Positions 55,225 through 63,900 of a stretch of 64,000 nucleotides of DNA are shown here, in pieces. A program made the position numbers and the translations under genes. This DNA is from Escherichia phage A73: sequence record OP778609; one strand, written 5' to 3'. The notes under the pieces were generated by a model. That model did no database searches and was not told the DNA's origin. It saw only the letters and a list, made by a program, of their open reading frames with translations. Numbering within the stretch: position 1 is the stretch's first letter; each line of letters begins with the position of its first letter.

Positions 55225-56592
55225 TTAAACCTCCTCTGCAATTTTACGAAGAAGATCCAGAAGAGAGTTCGATGCTTCGATCACTTCTTCCAGGCTGTTG
55301 GCTACGCTCTTATCAAAGCGAAGTTCAACAAACTTATAATTTAAACGAGGCAAAAACAGAGATTTCAGATCTTTGTTCTCTGCATCAGTAATGTCATTAG
55401 CCTTGATCGTAATAATCTGCCCAATGAAATACTCACTCGGTTTTTTACGAAGAGCATCAGTAAGTCCAGACCCTGCACCAACTTCAAGAAGTCCATCACG
55501 AGTACGGCAGATCAGAGATCCAATAAGCCCAGGCTTCTTTTTGTGAGGCGTTGTCGCCACAACTTCAAGATCAACATCGAACTCATTTTTAAGTTTGATC
55601 CCTTTCTTAGTTTTGTTATCTCCCCAAGGCATATTCGCTTCTTTAAGAACCGTACCCTCTTTCTTCTGCAAACGCATTTCGATAAAGTGGTCAATAGCCT
55701 CTTTAAGACTGCCAATCTGACGACCACGGATCATCTGGAAATGAGAAGACTCATCAACATAGTTGACAATATTTTCAACCTGCTTACGACGGTCTTTATA
55801 TTTTTTCTTGGATTTACGTGCGATATACTCGTCCATAGAAACAACATCCCAAACAACCAAACGTACCAGATTAGGATCAATGTTTTCAGGATCTTGGTTA
55901 AGATATCCGTTACCGATCTCTCGTGGTTGAACCCCGTGCGGGTATGACAGGTCAATAACTAAACCTTCCCCGTGCATAACAAAAGGACCATCAGAATTGG
56001 CTTTTTCTTTCAGGTTTTGCTCAAGTGAAGGAATACACCGGAAATTAAGCTCTTTCCCTGATCGTGAACGATAAATGATCTGCTCAGGCCAAACCATAAT
56101 GTCTGCATAAAGTCCGTCCATCTTCTCGTCGGAGAAAGCACCCTCGTAGTTGAAATTACGAAGGAGATCCTCTTTGAAAAGGGTGTAGCTCTGGTAAGGA
56201 GGCTCTGTAACCAGATCCTTCCAAACCTTGTTGGTCAGAGTTGTCTGGATACCACACTCAAGATCGCGGTTAATGATCTTCAGCAGTGTTTCTGGTTCTT
56301 CGCACAGTTGAACAGCATTCGTGAGAACATCACGGGCTTCATGCCCAGTATACATACGACTTGCAACATCGTTGACGATAAGATCAATACTCTCTTGCAG
56401 ATTCCGATTCCCTTGGTGGAAAGTTGCAGGATCAACCTTAAAACTGCGAACAAAGAAGTTTAACTCTTTGCTGTATGCAACCCGAAATACTTCACGCAGG
56501 CCATCATTGTCCGCATGGCTACGTAAGATCGCTTCTTTTTCTTTTGTTGATCCGGTTGCTGCCAGTTGTTCGATAATCTTAGTTACGCTCAT
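55225..56592 (-). CDS. ATP-dependent DNA ligase (T4 gp30-like)
   Basis: IIEQLAATGSTKEKEAIL, RDLECG, nucleotidyl-lysine motif KMDG, VGAGSGLTD and LFLPR align with my recollection of T4 DNA ligase; motif I residue 6 is Tyr rather than Arg. Confidence 0.85.
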   Translation of the reverse strand: MSVTKIIEQLAATGSTKEKEAILRSHADNDGLREVFRVAYSKELNFFVRSFKVDPATFHQGNRNLQESIDLIVNDVASRMYTGHEARDVLTNAVQLCEEPETLLKIINRDLECGIQTTLTNKVWKDLVTEPPYQSYTLFKEDLLRNFNYEGAFSDEKMDGLYADIMVWPEQIIYRSRSGKELNFRCIPSLEQNLKEKANSDGPFVMHGEGLVIDLSYPHGVQPREIGNGYLNQDPENIDPNLVRLVVWDVVSMDEYIARKSKKKYKDRRKQVENIVNYVDESSHFQMIRGRQIGSLKEAIDHFIEMRLQKKEGTVLKEANMPWGDNKTKKGIKLKNEFDVDLEVVATTPHKKKPGLIGSLICRTRDGLLEVGAGSGLTDALRKKPSEYFIGQIITIKANDITDAENKDLKSLFLPRLNYKFVELRFDKSVANSLEEVIEASNSLLDLLRKIAEEV

Positions 56593-56601
56593 AGTTTCTC
56601 C

Positions 56602-56937
56602 TTAGTTTGCTTTGATTTCTAATGTGTATTTTGCCAGACCAAGATTAATCTTGTCAAGATCTTCTATTGATTTTTTAACCTCTTCAAAGACCTCTTTGGT
56701 TACATTCTTGCCATTAACAATATACTGTATCTCAGGGCTTCCCTCCTCCACAACTTCGAAATCATAGTCCTTAAAAAATACGATCACTCCGGCTGCACCA
56801 TTCTCGTCACTACCAGATAGCATGATTCCCTCTTCATTAGCAACTTCAAAAATTCGATCTTTGAAATCATATACCTTACCAACAACAAACTTAAGAGAGT
56901 TAAATTTAGTCTTGTAGCCTTTAAATCGGTATTTCAT
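56602..56937 (-). CDS. hypothetical protein (111 aa)
   Basis: ORF. Confidence 0.5.
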   Translation of the reverse strand: MKYRFKGYKTKFNSLKFVVGKVYDFKDRIFEVANEEGIMLSGSDENGAAGVIVFFKDYDFEVVEEGSPEIQYIVNGKNVTKEVFEEVKKSIEDLDKINLGLAKYTLEIKAN

Positions 56938-57155
56938 TTAGTCTCCTTTAGTTTTCCACAAAGAGCACCTTCAACATAATCAGGATTCTCTTTAAAGAAC
57001 TGATCATTCTTTTTAATGAAACCACCAATGTTCCGACGGAGAAATGCGAATGCTTTGATCCCTCGATACCAAGCATCAAAGCTTGATTTCTTCAGTTCCC
57101 CACCCATATAGACATTGGTGAAATAAAACGGATGAGTCTTCTTACTTATCCTCAT
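56934..57155 (-). CDS. hypothetical protein (73 aa)
   Basis: ORF. Confidence 0.45.
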   Translation of the reverse strand: MRISKKTHPFYFTNVYMGGELKKSSFDAWYRGIKAFAFLRRNIGGFIKKNDQFFKENPDYVEGALCGKLKETK

Positions 57156-57164
57156 TGTTTCCTC

Positions 57165-57659
57165 CTAAACAGAGAAAAGAACCTCTTCTTTCTCCACATG
57201 AAACTCAAAACCGTCCACAAGATTAGATTCTCGATCCTTACTTTCATGATAACTACACGTCCAACGGTAAACACCAGGACCAGAATCTGAATCAGGTGGA
57301 AGACCAATATACTCCGCTTCAGGACCCTCGTCAAGCAATGCAGGATGAATATTTGGTGCTTTAAGGACGGTTACCCGTCCACTGTAATCAACAGCCACAA
57401 TCCAAACACTTCCATTCGGAGATTCGAAAACTTCCTCTTTTGGATCTTCTTTGATAAGAGCTTTGTTTGGCTTTTTCAAGCAGGTTGCCAATCCAGAATC
57501 AATCCACTGGTTTGACATTCCTGCATTAAGCCATGTTTCAGACAGACTTTTTCTTTTTGACGGCACGTTTCTTCTCCTTAACCTGTTCAACAGGTTTTCT
57601 CTTAGGCTTAGGTTTTGGTTTGTACGGTTCCTCAGGCTTCTGGTAAAGCCCAAGAACAA
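57165..57659 (-). CDS. hypothetical protein (up to 164 aa; start uncertain)
   Basis: Track ORF overlaps the upstream gene by ~120 nt; the real start is probably internal. Confidence 0.4.
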   Translation of the reverse strand: MFLGFTRSLRNRTNQNLSLRENLLNRLRRRNVPSKRKSLSETWLNAGMSNQWIDSGLATCLKKPNKALIKEDPKEEVFESPNGSVWIVAVDYSGRVTVLKAPNIHPALLDEGPEAEYIGLPPDSDSGPGVYRWTCSYHESKDRESNLVDGFEFHVEKEEVLFSV

Positions 57660-57906
57660 CTCTTTCTATTGCACTCATAGGTACGGTTGTCATCTTCCGT
57701 CTCTTAGCGTCAGGAAGCTGCAATTCCCAAATACCCAACCAATAAGACAGATCGTCGATACGATCCTGTACCCAAGGGTCCGGCTTCGGAATAGTTAGTA
57801 GTCTACTTAACTCTTCATTACATGTCAACAAACATTCTTCAAGTTTTTCAACTGGCGTATTAAAAACAAAGGCAGTCTTGTCAAAAGGCTTCTTCTCTGT
57901 CGTCAT
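57538..57906 (-). CDS. hypothetical protein with Lys/Pro-rich basic tail (122 aa)
   Basis: C-terminus KPKPKPKRKPVEQVKEKKRAVKKKKSV. Confidence 0.45.
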   Translation of the reverse strand: MTTEKKPFDKTAFVFNTPVEKLEECLLTCNEELSRLLTIPKPDPWVQDRIDDLSYWLGIWELQLPDAKRRKMTTVPMSAIERVVLGLYQKPEEPYKPKPKPKRKPVEQVKEKKRAVKKKKSV

Positions 57907-57910
57907 AGCA

Positions 57911-58102
57911 TCACTCTTCAGTATCGTAAGTGTTATTCTTGATTGCTTCCAGTAATACGTCCAAAGGAACAGTGAATGACTCTACAGTGTCCATCCCACC
58001 AACCTTATAGCCGTGAACAATCTCACCACCTTCACGATTGCATACCAGAAGAGAATACCCACCAGCAATGTTCTCACTGATCTCGATATCAACAACTTTC
58101 AT
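57911..58102 (-). CDS. hypothetical protein (63 aa)
   Basis: ORF. Confidence 0.4.
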   Translation of the reverse strand: MKVVDIEISENIAGGYSLLVCNREGGEIVHGYKVGGMDTVESFTVPLDVLLEAIKNNTYDTEE

Positions 58103-58331
58103 CTTTAGTCTCCTTCTTGTTCTCTACCCAACCATAAGCCTTCATACACCCCTGGTAATTAGGCCACCTTTTATTTACAACGTTCTCAAGCCACTCAAGA
58201 TCCGTACTTACATGAATGTATTCACTATACAGTTCATCAAGAGTGTCAACAAGGTCAGGGCGATCTTTCAAATACTCTCGAACATCACTGATCCTTTTTC
58301 CAAGCTTACAGTTATCACATTCACAAGTCAT
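58089..58331 (-). CDS. hypothetical Cys-containing protein (80 aa)
   Basis: N-terminal CECDNC. Confidence 0.45.
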   Translation of the reverse strand: MTCECDNCKLGKRISDVREYLKDRPDLVDTLDELYSEYIHVSTDLEWLENVVNKRWPNYQGCMKAYGWVENKKETKDESC

Positions 58332-58627
58332 CCCATATGCTCCAAAACAAGAAGGTGCTTATAACGATGATTATGTGCATAGACCAATAGGGCCATATCC
58401 ATCCAAGCAACCTCGTCAGCGTCACCAATCACAGAGAGGCATAAGTTGTCACAGTTCTGTCTTACTTTCGCCACAGTGAGTTCTACACCCCTTCCTTCTA
58501 GGATTTCTTCAAGATATTCAAACTGGTCATTCAGTTCCATAGACCACAAGTAGAATCGTGGCTTCTCCTGTGCACGAAAGATGTTTTCCAACTGCTCGCT
58601 TAATTCATCACTAAAGATCAATTTCAT
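58328..58627 (-). CDS. hypothetical protein (99 aa)
   Basis: ORF. Confidence 0.45.
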   Translation of the reverse strand: MKLIFSDELSEQLENIFRAQEKPRFYLWSMELNDQFEYLEEILEGRGVELTVAKVRQNCDNLCLSVIGDADEVAWMDMALLVYAHNHRYKHLLVLEHMG

Positions 58628-58766
58628 GATTTACTTTTCCTCTCTCCAATACCTTTGTTAAGATACTTAACCAAACTGATACCAAATGCTATCATGATCA
58701 GAAACCACACTGTACCAAACTCAACAATGTTCAATCCAAACGCAACAACATCGTTACACTCTTTCA

Positions 58767-59048
58767 TCAGATCATCTCCAAAGTTATTAGTACATTATCC
58801 AAATCTTCAGCCACAAGCTGTAAGTCAGGTTTCATACTATCTTCCACACGATGATAAATCAAGCCTTTTTCCACATAAGGATTCATTACTCCGTAATAGT
58901 TCCCCAAAATGGTGTACCAGTCACATTCGTAAACAGTCACAACACATACTTTCAGTCCAGCTTTTGCTGAATGCCAAGCTTCTCTCATAGCTTGAAGGTG
59001 ACTTAGTTCATTTTCTGATAACTTTTTACATTTATTATTCAAAATCAT
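58767..59048 (-). CDS. hypothetical protein (93 aa)
   Basis: First gene of the minus-strand block, downstream of the promoter at 59085-59116. Confidence 0.5.
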   Translation of the reverse strand: MILNNKCKKLSENELSHLQAMREAWHSAKAGLKVCVVTVYECDWYTILGNYYGVMNPYVEKGLIYHRVEDSMKPDLQLVAEDLDNVLITLEMI

Positions 59049-59084
59049 TATAAAAATAACCTGTTGTTTGTTAAAGTAAGAGCA

Positions 59085-59116
59085 CTATACCTATGTAAAA
59101 ACTCCATGTCAAGACT
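59085..59116 (-). promoter_or_regulatory. sigma70-like promoter (TTGACA-17-TATAGT on minus strand)
   Basis: Complement of 59111-59116 is the -35, complement of 59085-59090 is the -10. Confidence 0.5.
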
Positions 59117-59360
59117 TTAAATTTAAAAAATTTAGTATAAAATCTATAAAAGATCCTTTAAGATCTATAGATCATACATAAAAAGATCTTATAAAAGATC
59201 TTGTTTTTATTGTTTTTAATAATAATTATGAATGTAATGAATAATTATTATATAATTTATGAATGTAATGAATAAATTATAAAGATAAAGGGTTTGGCGA
59301 GAGGCTTCGAGCCAGGGAAATCTAATATAGTATTGTATGCCTAAACGGGCATAAAGGGTT
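59117..59360. repeat. AT-rich divergent intergenic region with GATC cluster and 22-bp direct repeats
   Basis: Five GATC sites within ~50 bp (59150-59205); TTATGAATGTAATGAATAA repeated at 59227-59249 and 59257-59279. Confidence 0.7.
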
Positions 59361-59389
59361 TGACATGTTGGGATAGTCATGTAAGATAG
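59361..59389 (+). promoter_or_regulatory. sigma70-like promoter (TTGACA-16-TAAGAT)
   Basis: Upstream of the plus-strand gene at 59416, which has a GAGGAGGG RBS. Confidence 0.5.
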
Positions 59390-59415
59390 CGAATGTAAGG
59401 TTAAGAGGAGGGACT

Positions 59416-59802
59416 ATGTTTGAGATAAACACCTCTGTTGGGAAGAAAACTTTTGAAGACGATGCATTCGCCATGCTTCCTCTTCGTTGGGTTACTGAAA
59501 TGTCCGGCGAGGATTTAAAGAGGATGATACTTTTGAGGTGGAGATTTTCATTCTTTGCGGAGTTTGCTTCTCGACAGGGCGAATCAGTGGAAACGTGTTT
59601 CTATGAATCACAGGTGGCATTGTGTGAGTTGTTTCAAATGTCACCGACCAGTCAAGCTAAGGTAAGTGCATTCCTTAAGAAGATGGAGACTGGTGGTTAC
59701 ATCAGGATTTACAGAGATAAGGTGATAATCAACGGGAAGTCGAAACCACGTCATTACATTGTGGTTAACGACCCAATACTTAAAGAGAAGTACGGATATT
59801 GA
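59416..59802 (+). CDS. hypothetical protein (128 aa)
   Basis: ATG with GAGGAGGG RBS. Confidence 0.6.
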   Translation: MFEINTSVGKKTFEDDAFAMLPLRWVTEMSGEDLKRMILLRWRFSFFAEFASRQGESVETCFYESQVALCELFQMSPTSQAKVSAFLKKMETGGYIRIYRDKVIINGKSKPRHYIVVNDPILKEKYGY

Positions 59803-59813
59803 CGGAGGTAATC

Positions 59814-60044
59814 GTGAATCAGGTTTCAGAATGCCGTTTAAACGCAATAGGAAGCTCTCTCACGAAAGAAACAGATGAAGTTATGTCTTTTCTTGACTGG
59901 AGTGCAATGAACGCTCAAATCGTTTCTGAGAGAGTTTATGCCGATATGGCATCTCAGTTTATGATACCCTGTAAGGAGATTCAGGTTGAATCTAAGCTTG
60001 AAGAAGAAATATCTGGACTTCTTCAATCGTTTGAGTTACATTGA
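59814..60044 (+). CDS. hypothetical protein (76 aa, GTG start)
   Basis: GTG 6 nt after GGAGG; track ORF begins at an upstream TTG. Confidence 0.4.
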   Translation: MNQVSECRLNAIGSSLTKETDEVMSFLDWSAMNAQIVSERVYADMASQFMIPCKEIQVESKLEEEISGLLQSFELH

Positions 60045-60102
60045 CTATCATTGGTTATGCCAGTAAAATGGAGGTATACTTTTATTTAACTGGTTAACTA
60101 AT

Positions 60103-60351
60103 ATGAAAAACTTTAAACTTGCACTGGAATACGGTGCTGCTGGATACGTAACGGAAGAGTATATCGATATCTTTGACAGCTATGACGAAGCCTTTGATGA
60201 AGGTAACGACATTGCCTTTGAGAGTACAGGCTTTTCTCTGGAGTGCTGGAAAAAGATTGACTTTGGAAAAGGAAATCGAATATACTTCTTCTACCCCAAC
60301 GAGGGTGATTTAACTTCTCGTTATAAAATGACTTTTATGGAGGCAAAATGA
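60103..60351 (+). CDS. hypothetical acidic protein (82 aa)
   Basis: ORF. Confidence 0.5.
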   Translation: MKNFKLALEYGAAGYVTEEYIDIFDSYDEAFDEGNDIAFESTGFSLECWKKIDFGKGNRIYFFYPNEGDLTSRYKMTFMEAK

Positions 60352-60572
60352 AATTTAGCATTACACTGAACTTTACCGTAGACAAGTCCAATGAAACTCT
60401 TGCCAAAGAGATGAAAGAAGCTGCTGAACGTCAAGGTATTACAGTTGAAGAAATCTACAAGACATTCCCACAGCAATTCCTTCAGGGTTTTGTAGAACAG
60501 TTCCCTAATGACGATTCTGAGTTCCCTGGGTTAACTACAGAAGTTACTGTTTCGGAGATCACCAATGACTAA
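60348..60572 (+). CDS. hypothetical acidic protein (74 aa)
   Basis: ATG with GGAGG RBS; overlaps the upstream stop. Confidence 0.55.
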   Translation: MKFSITLNFTVDKSNETLAKEMKEAAERQGITVEEIYKTFPQQFLQGFVEQFPNDDSEFPGLTTEVTVSEITND

Positions 60573-60783
60573 ACAGGTTGTAGAACTCAAGGTCACTTAT
60601 GAAATTGACTACACTAACGAAGATATGGCAGAGATGTTAAAGGCTAAGATGGAAAAATCTGGCTTGAGCATCGAAGAAATTTTCGAAGCTGTAGAAAAAG
60701 AACTTATCGAAGGAACTCTCGAATCTATGGAGTTAGAGTGCAAAACTCTACCTGGTTTCAGTGTCGGCGTTGTTAAACTGTAA
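60565..60783 (+). CDS. hypothetical acidic protein (72 aa)
   Basis: ATG after GGAGA; overlapping stop/start. Confidence 0.55.
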   Translation: MTKQVVELKVTYEIDYTNEDMAEMLKAKMEKSGLSIEEIFEAVEKELIEGTLESMELECKTLPGFSVGVVKL

Positions 60784-60891
60784 TAGGGGTAAGATACATG
60801 ATTGGATACGGAGAAGGTTGATGAAAGATGAATTTGATGGTTTCGTAGGATTCGGGGAGGGAATCATTAACGAGGAGAATTGGGATGTGTG

Positions 60892-61062
60892 ATGAAAGAC
60901 CAGACCTTTGAATCTCTAAGTTTCGATGACCCTCGTAATCATGAAAAACAAAAAGGTTACATGTGTCAGTGTTTTGTTTGTGGTTACAAATTTTTAGGGC
61001 CTAAGCGATCAGTGATGTGCAATCTTTGCCTTATTGGTAAAAAGACTGTTGACAATAGCTGA
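60892..61062 (+). CDS. small zinc-ribbon protein (56 aa)
   Basis: CQCFVCGY...CNLC cysteine pairs; start codon uncertain (ATG 60892 or TTG 60880). Confidence 0.4.
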   Translation: MKDQTFESLSFDDPRNHEKQKGYMCQCFVCGYKFLGPKRSVMCNLCLIGKKTVDNS

Positions 61063-61313
61063 TTAAATATGTAAGATTATCTTGTCGCCTGAGAGATTAG
61101 TCATCTTAATGGCTGGGTGGATAAATATAAGTTGGAACCATTATACCACCGACGCGATTTACGCTTTTGGTTGACTGTGACTAAATGGGATGCCCAGTCC
61201 ATCCTTCTTTAAAACGGGGAGCCGTCGAAGATTGTCTGATTAGTGATTTACGGATCATTATAGTTTTAATACCACGACAATCTTTTACGGTGTACCCCTT
61301 GTAAGAGAATTTA

Positions 61314-61396
61314 GCGCGGGTGTATCTCAACGGTCTTCTAAACCGTCGTTAATCGAGTAATTGGAGTATGAAGGTTCGAGTCCTTCCTCCCGCGCT
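61314..61396 (+). tRNA. atypical tRNA-like element (possible tRNA pseudogene or unusual tRNA)
   Basis: Canonical T-arm GAAGG-TTCGAGT-CCTTC and acceptor-like pairing GCGGGTG/CTCCCGC with one mismatch; hairpin ACGGT-CTTCTAA-ACCGT could be an anticodon arm (TCT), but there is no room for a normal D-arm. Confidence 0.3.
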
Positions 61397-61413
61397 AAGT
61401 TCTTTTGAATATA

Positions 61414-61488
61414 GGCCCTGTAGCTGGACGGTTCAAGCAAGCGACTCATAATCGCCAGACGGTGGTTCGATTCCACCCAGGGCCACCA
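61414..61488 (+). tRNA. tRNA-Met/Ile2 (anticodon CAT)
   Basis: Acceptor GGCCCTG/CAGGGCC, T-arm GGTGG-TTCGATT-CCACC, anticodon loop CTCATAA, encoded CCA; 75 nt. Confidence 0.8.
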
Positions 61489-61677
61489 TACAAAGTCGGG
61501 TAGCTCCCGATAAGTCGTCGGACTGATGTTCCCTGACTATGAGTTCTCTCAACGATAACGACGTAGATCACAGCAGAAACGGCGCACCCTATTATATTTC
61601 TTAATACATTTCAATAAGTTCTTGACATAATCCTATTATACTGCTAATATAGATATATCGACTGAATTGAGGTGTTT

Positions 61678-62052
61678 ATGGCTAAAGCTGAAATCGTTAC
61701 TCGAAAACGCGGTCGGCCTACTACAGAGGAAAGCATTGCAATCAATACTGAGAGAGCAATTCTTCATGCTCGTTCCGAGTTTGCAAGACTTACTCCTCAA
61801 GCAATTAAAACTCTGGAAGGTCTACTGACTTCCGGTACAGAGAAAGTTAAAGAAACTACTGCGAAGTATATTCTTGAGCAAGCTGAAAAGGCAAACAATC
61901 TGTACACAATGGAAGATAATGAAGAGGATCTGGCAGGAGGAACTACTTCTGCAAATTCAGAAACTCATCAAGGCCCTTCTGATGCATTTAAAGATGCTAT
62001 CCCATTAACTACTCAGATTCGTGAGTATAAAATGGCAGAAGGTGAAGATTAA
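61678..62052 (+). CDS. hypothetical protein with AT-hook-like RKRGRPT motif (124 aa)
   Basis: Own promoter TTGACA-17-TAATAT at 61622-61650; GAGGTG RBS; terminator 62051-62073. Confidence 0.55.
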   Translation: MAKAEIVTRKRGRPTTEESIAINTERAILHARSEFARLTPQAIKTLEGLLTSGTEKVKETTAKYILEQAEKANNLYTMEDNEEDLAGGTTSANSETHQGPSDAFKDAIPLTTQIREYKMAEGED

Positions 62053-62073
62053 GGCTCGCAAGGGCCTTTATTA
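62051..62073 (+). terminator. rho-independent terminator
   Basis: AAGGC-TCGCAAGG-GCCTT followed by a T-rich run. Confidence 0.55.
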
Positions 62074-62297
62074 AGAAGTTTTCTTTAAGGTAGTTCTTAC
62101 TTTAGCAGAGTAAATCTTCGGCAAGTGGCGGTAACCACTTTACCGATACCTCATAGTCAGTGCTGCAAACACTGGCTACCTTAAAGAGAATTTAACTCGT
62201 CGAATAAGGAAGATGCTGATCTCAAAGTGAGGTCACTTACCGCAAGGGGTGTGCATAGACTCCCGCTTCCGAATAGACTATGTGGCGAGATGTATTT

Positions 62298-62379
62298 GGG
62301 GACGTGGCAGAGCGGTCGAATGCGCCTGACTGTAAATCAGGTATCCCACACGGTGGTTCGAATCCATCCGGCCCCACCA
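62298..62379 (+). tRNA. tRNA-Tyr (anticodon GTA)
   Basis: Anticodon arm CCTGA-CTGTAAA-TCAGG, 3-bp D-stem, T-arm GGTGG-TTCGAAT-CCATC, encoded CCA; one A-G mismatch in the acceptor stem. Confidence 0.75.
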
Positions 62380-62382
62380 AAT

Positions 62383-62457
62383 TTTCCGTTAGGCTTACAG
62401 GATAAGATTCCCACAACATATCGTTGTGATACTGGTTCGAATCCAGTACGGAAACCA
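62383..62457 (+). tRNA. atypical tRNA-like element (no encoded CCA)
   Basis: Perfect 7-bp acceptor TTTCCGT/ACGGAAA and T-arm ACTGG-TTCGAAT-CCAGT; anticodon-like hairpin CACAA-CATATCG-TTGTG has non-canonical loop positions; D-arm irregular. Confidence 0.35.
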
Positions 62458-62582
62458 AATTAAGCCGTGATGTGATGTAATCACTGACCTCTTTGAAGGA
62501 TCATGGCATTTTATACAAAAACCTGAATAATTTAGGTTTTAATTCCTGGGGTTCGTAGCCCTATTACTAAGAGGACTTAACT

Positions 62583-62792
62583 ATGTTTACTATTAAAATT
62601 ATTGATATCGATGGAAATGAGACTGGTGTTTCAACAAGGCACTATAGATGGTACTCAAAAATGAATATTTTTGATCTGGAGGGTGGTGAATCTGTTTCTG
62701 TACCACCAAAAAGTCGTGCTTATGTAATGAATGACAAAGGAATAACCATCGGTAGATACACAAATACAGCGGATCAACGCGTTCTTAATTAA
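62583..62792 (+). CDS. hypothetical protein (69 aa)
   Basis: ATG with AAGAGGA RBS; sits between tRNA genes. Confidence 0.5.
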   Translation: MFTIKIIDIDGNETGVSTRHYRWYSKMNIFDLEGGESVSVPPKSRAYVMNDKGITIGRYTNTADQRVLN

Positions 62793-62793
62793 A

Positions 62794-62868
<75 letters not shown>

Positions 62869-62967
62869 AACCTCTATCCATCTGACGCGTTTATGGGGTT
62901 GACCTGATCACTCTTCTCCTAATCTCGTGTGAAGACACCATGATTGTTGGGATGGATAAACTTCTTT

Positions 62968-63042
62968 TGGGGATTAGCCAAGCGGTAAGGCATCGGATTT
63001 TGATTCCGACATTCACTGGTTCGATTCCAGTATCCCCAGCCA
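62968..63042 (+). tRNA. tRNA-Gln (anticodon TTG)
   Basis: Acceptor TGGGGAT/ATCCCCA, anticodon arm TCGGA-TTTTGAT-TCCGA, T-arm ACTGG-TTCGATT-CCAGT, encoded CCA; 75 nt. Confidence 0.85.
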
Positions 63043-63047
63043 ATTAA

Positions 63048-63124
<77 letters not shown>

Positions 63125-63173
63125 ATTTACCCTCATATAATAACAATAATATAATCTCCTCTCCTTCGCCTCA

Positions 63174-63199
63174 GCCTCCCTCATTTGGGAGGCTTTTTT
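63174..63199 (+). terminator. rho-independent terminator closing the tRNA cluster
   Basis: GCCTCCC-TCATTT-GGGAGGC followed by TTTTTT. Confidence 0.7.
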
Positions 63200-63241
63200 A
63201 TTTGTGCTTTCGGTGATAAAATATCCAAAAGGAGGATTTAT

Positions 63242-63601
63242 ATGTTACCCGCTAAAAAATATTTCATTTACGCAATGATCGGCGTTGCGTTATTTACGTC
63301 TGGAAAACTGTATCTCGGACACGTCGAGTCTGTGGGATATGACAAAGGCTACGATGCTGCAAACACGGCTTGGATAAAGAAAGCTACTGAGTACAAAGGA
63401 AAGCTTGACTCTACATTGGAAGAGAATAAGAGGTTGAATGAAGAACTTTCTTATGCAAATGCAAAACGGATCATCGCTGAGGAAAAATTACGTGATGAAG
63501 TAGAGGCAATGAGAATCGACTATGCAAAATCTAAAAAGGGACAAGAAATATTTATGGATGATGAGATAGTTGATATCTATAACAAATCACTGGGGGAATA
63601 A
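63242..63601 (+). CDS. i-spanin-like protein (N-terminal TM + coiled coil, 119 aa), tentative
   Basis: Start MLPAKK with AAAAGGAGGA RBS; TM helix YFIYAMIGVALFTSG then charged helical region; stop overlaps the next start (TAATG). Confidence 0.4.
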   Translation: MLPAKKYFIYAMIGVALFTSGKLYLGHVESVGYDKGYDAANTAWIKKATEYKGKLDSTLEENKRLNEELSYANAKRIIAEEKLRDEVEAMRIDYAKSKKGQEIFMDDEIVDIYNKSLGE

Positions 63602-63900
63602 TGAAGAAGATTATCGCCGGAATTATCCTTTGTTTTGGTCTTGTTGGTTGTCAGAGTAAAGAAATTTGTGGGCCTACTGAAGAAGTTAAGATAGAAAAGC
63701 TGATCGAAAAGCCGGATCTTGAACTTATGAAGAAAGAAGGTCCTAAGCTGGTTATGGAAAAACGCTCTGCAAAGACAACTGTTGCTGACGTTCTTAGTCA
63801 TAACAATCTTCGTGCTGCAAGAATAGAAAGGCGTGCTGAAGGATTACAGACCTACGTTTGTAATATTTTTAAAGAAAATCCACCAGAGTTCTGCAAATAA
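63601..63900 (+). CDS. outer-membrane lipoprotein (o-spanin-like or superinfection-exclusion-type), 99 aa
   Basis: Signal peptide with lipobox LVGC (MKKIIAGIILCFGLVGC); GGGGGA RBS; four cysteines in the mature part. Confidence 0.5.
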   Translation: MKKIIAGIILCFGLVGCQSKEICGPTEEVKIEKLIEKPDLELMKKEGPKLVMEKRSAKTTVADVLSHNNLRAARIERRAEGLQTYVCNIFKENPPEFCK

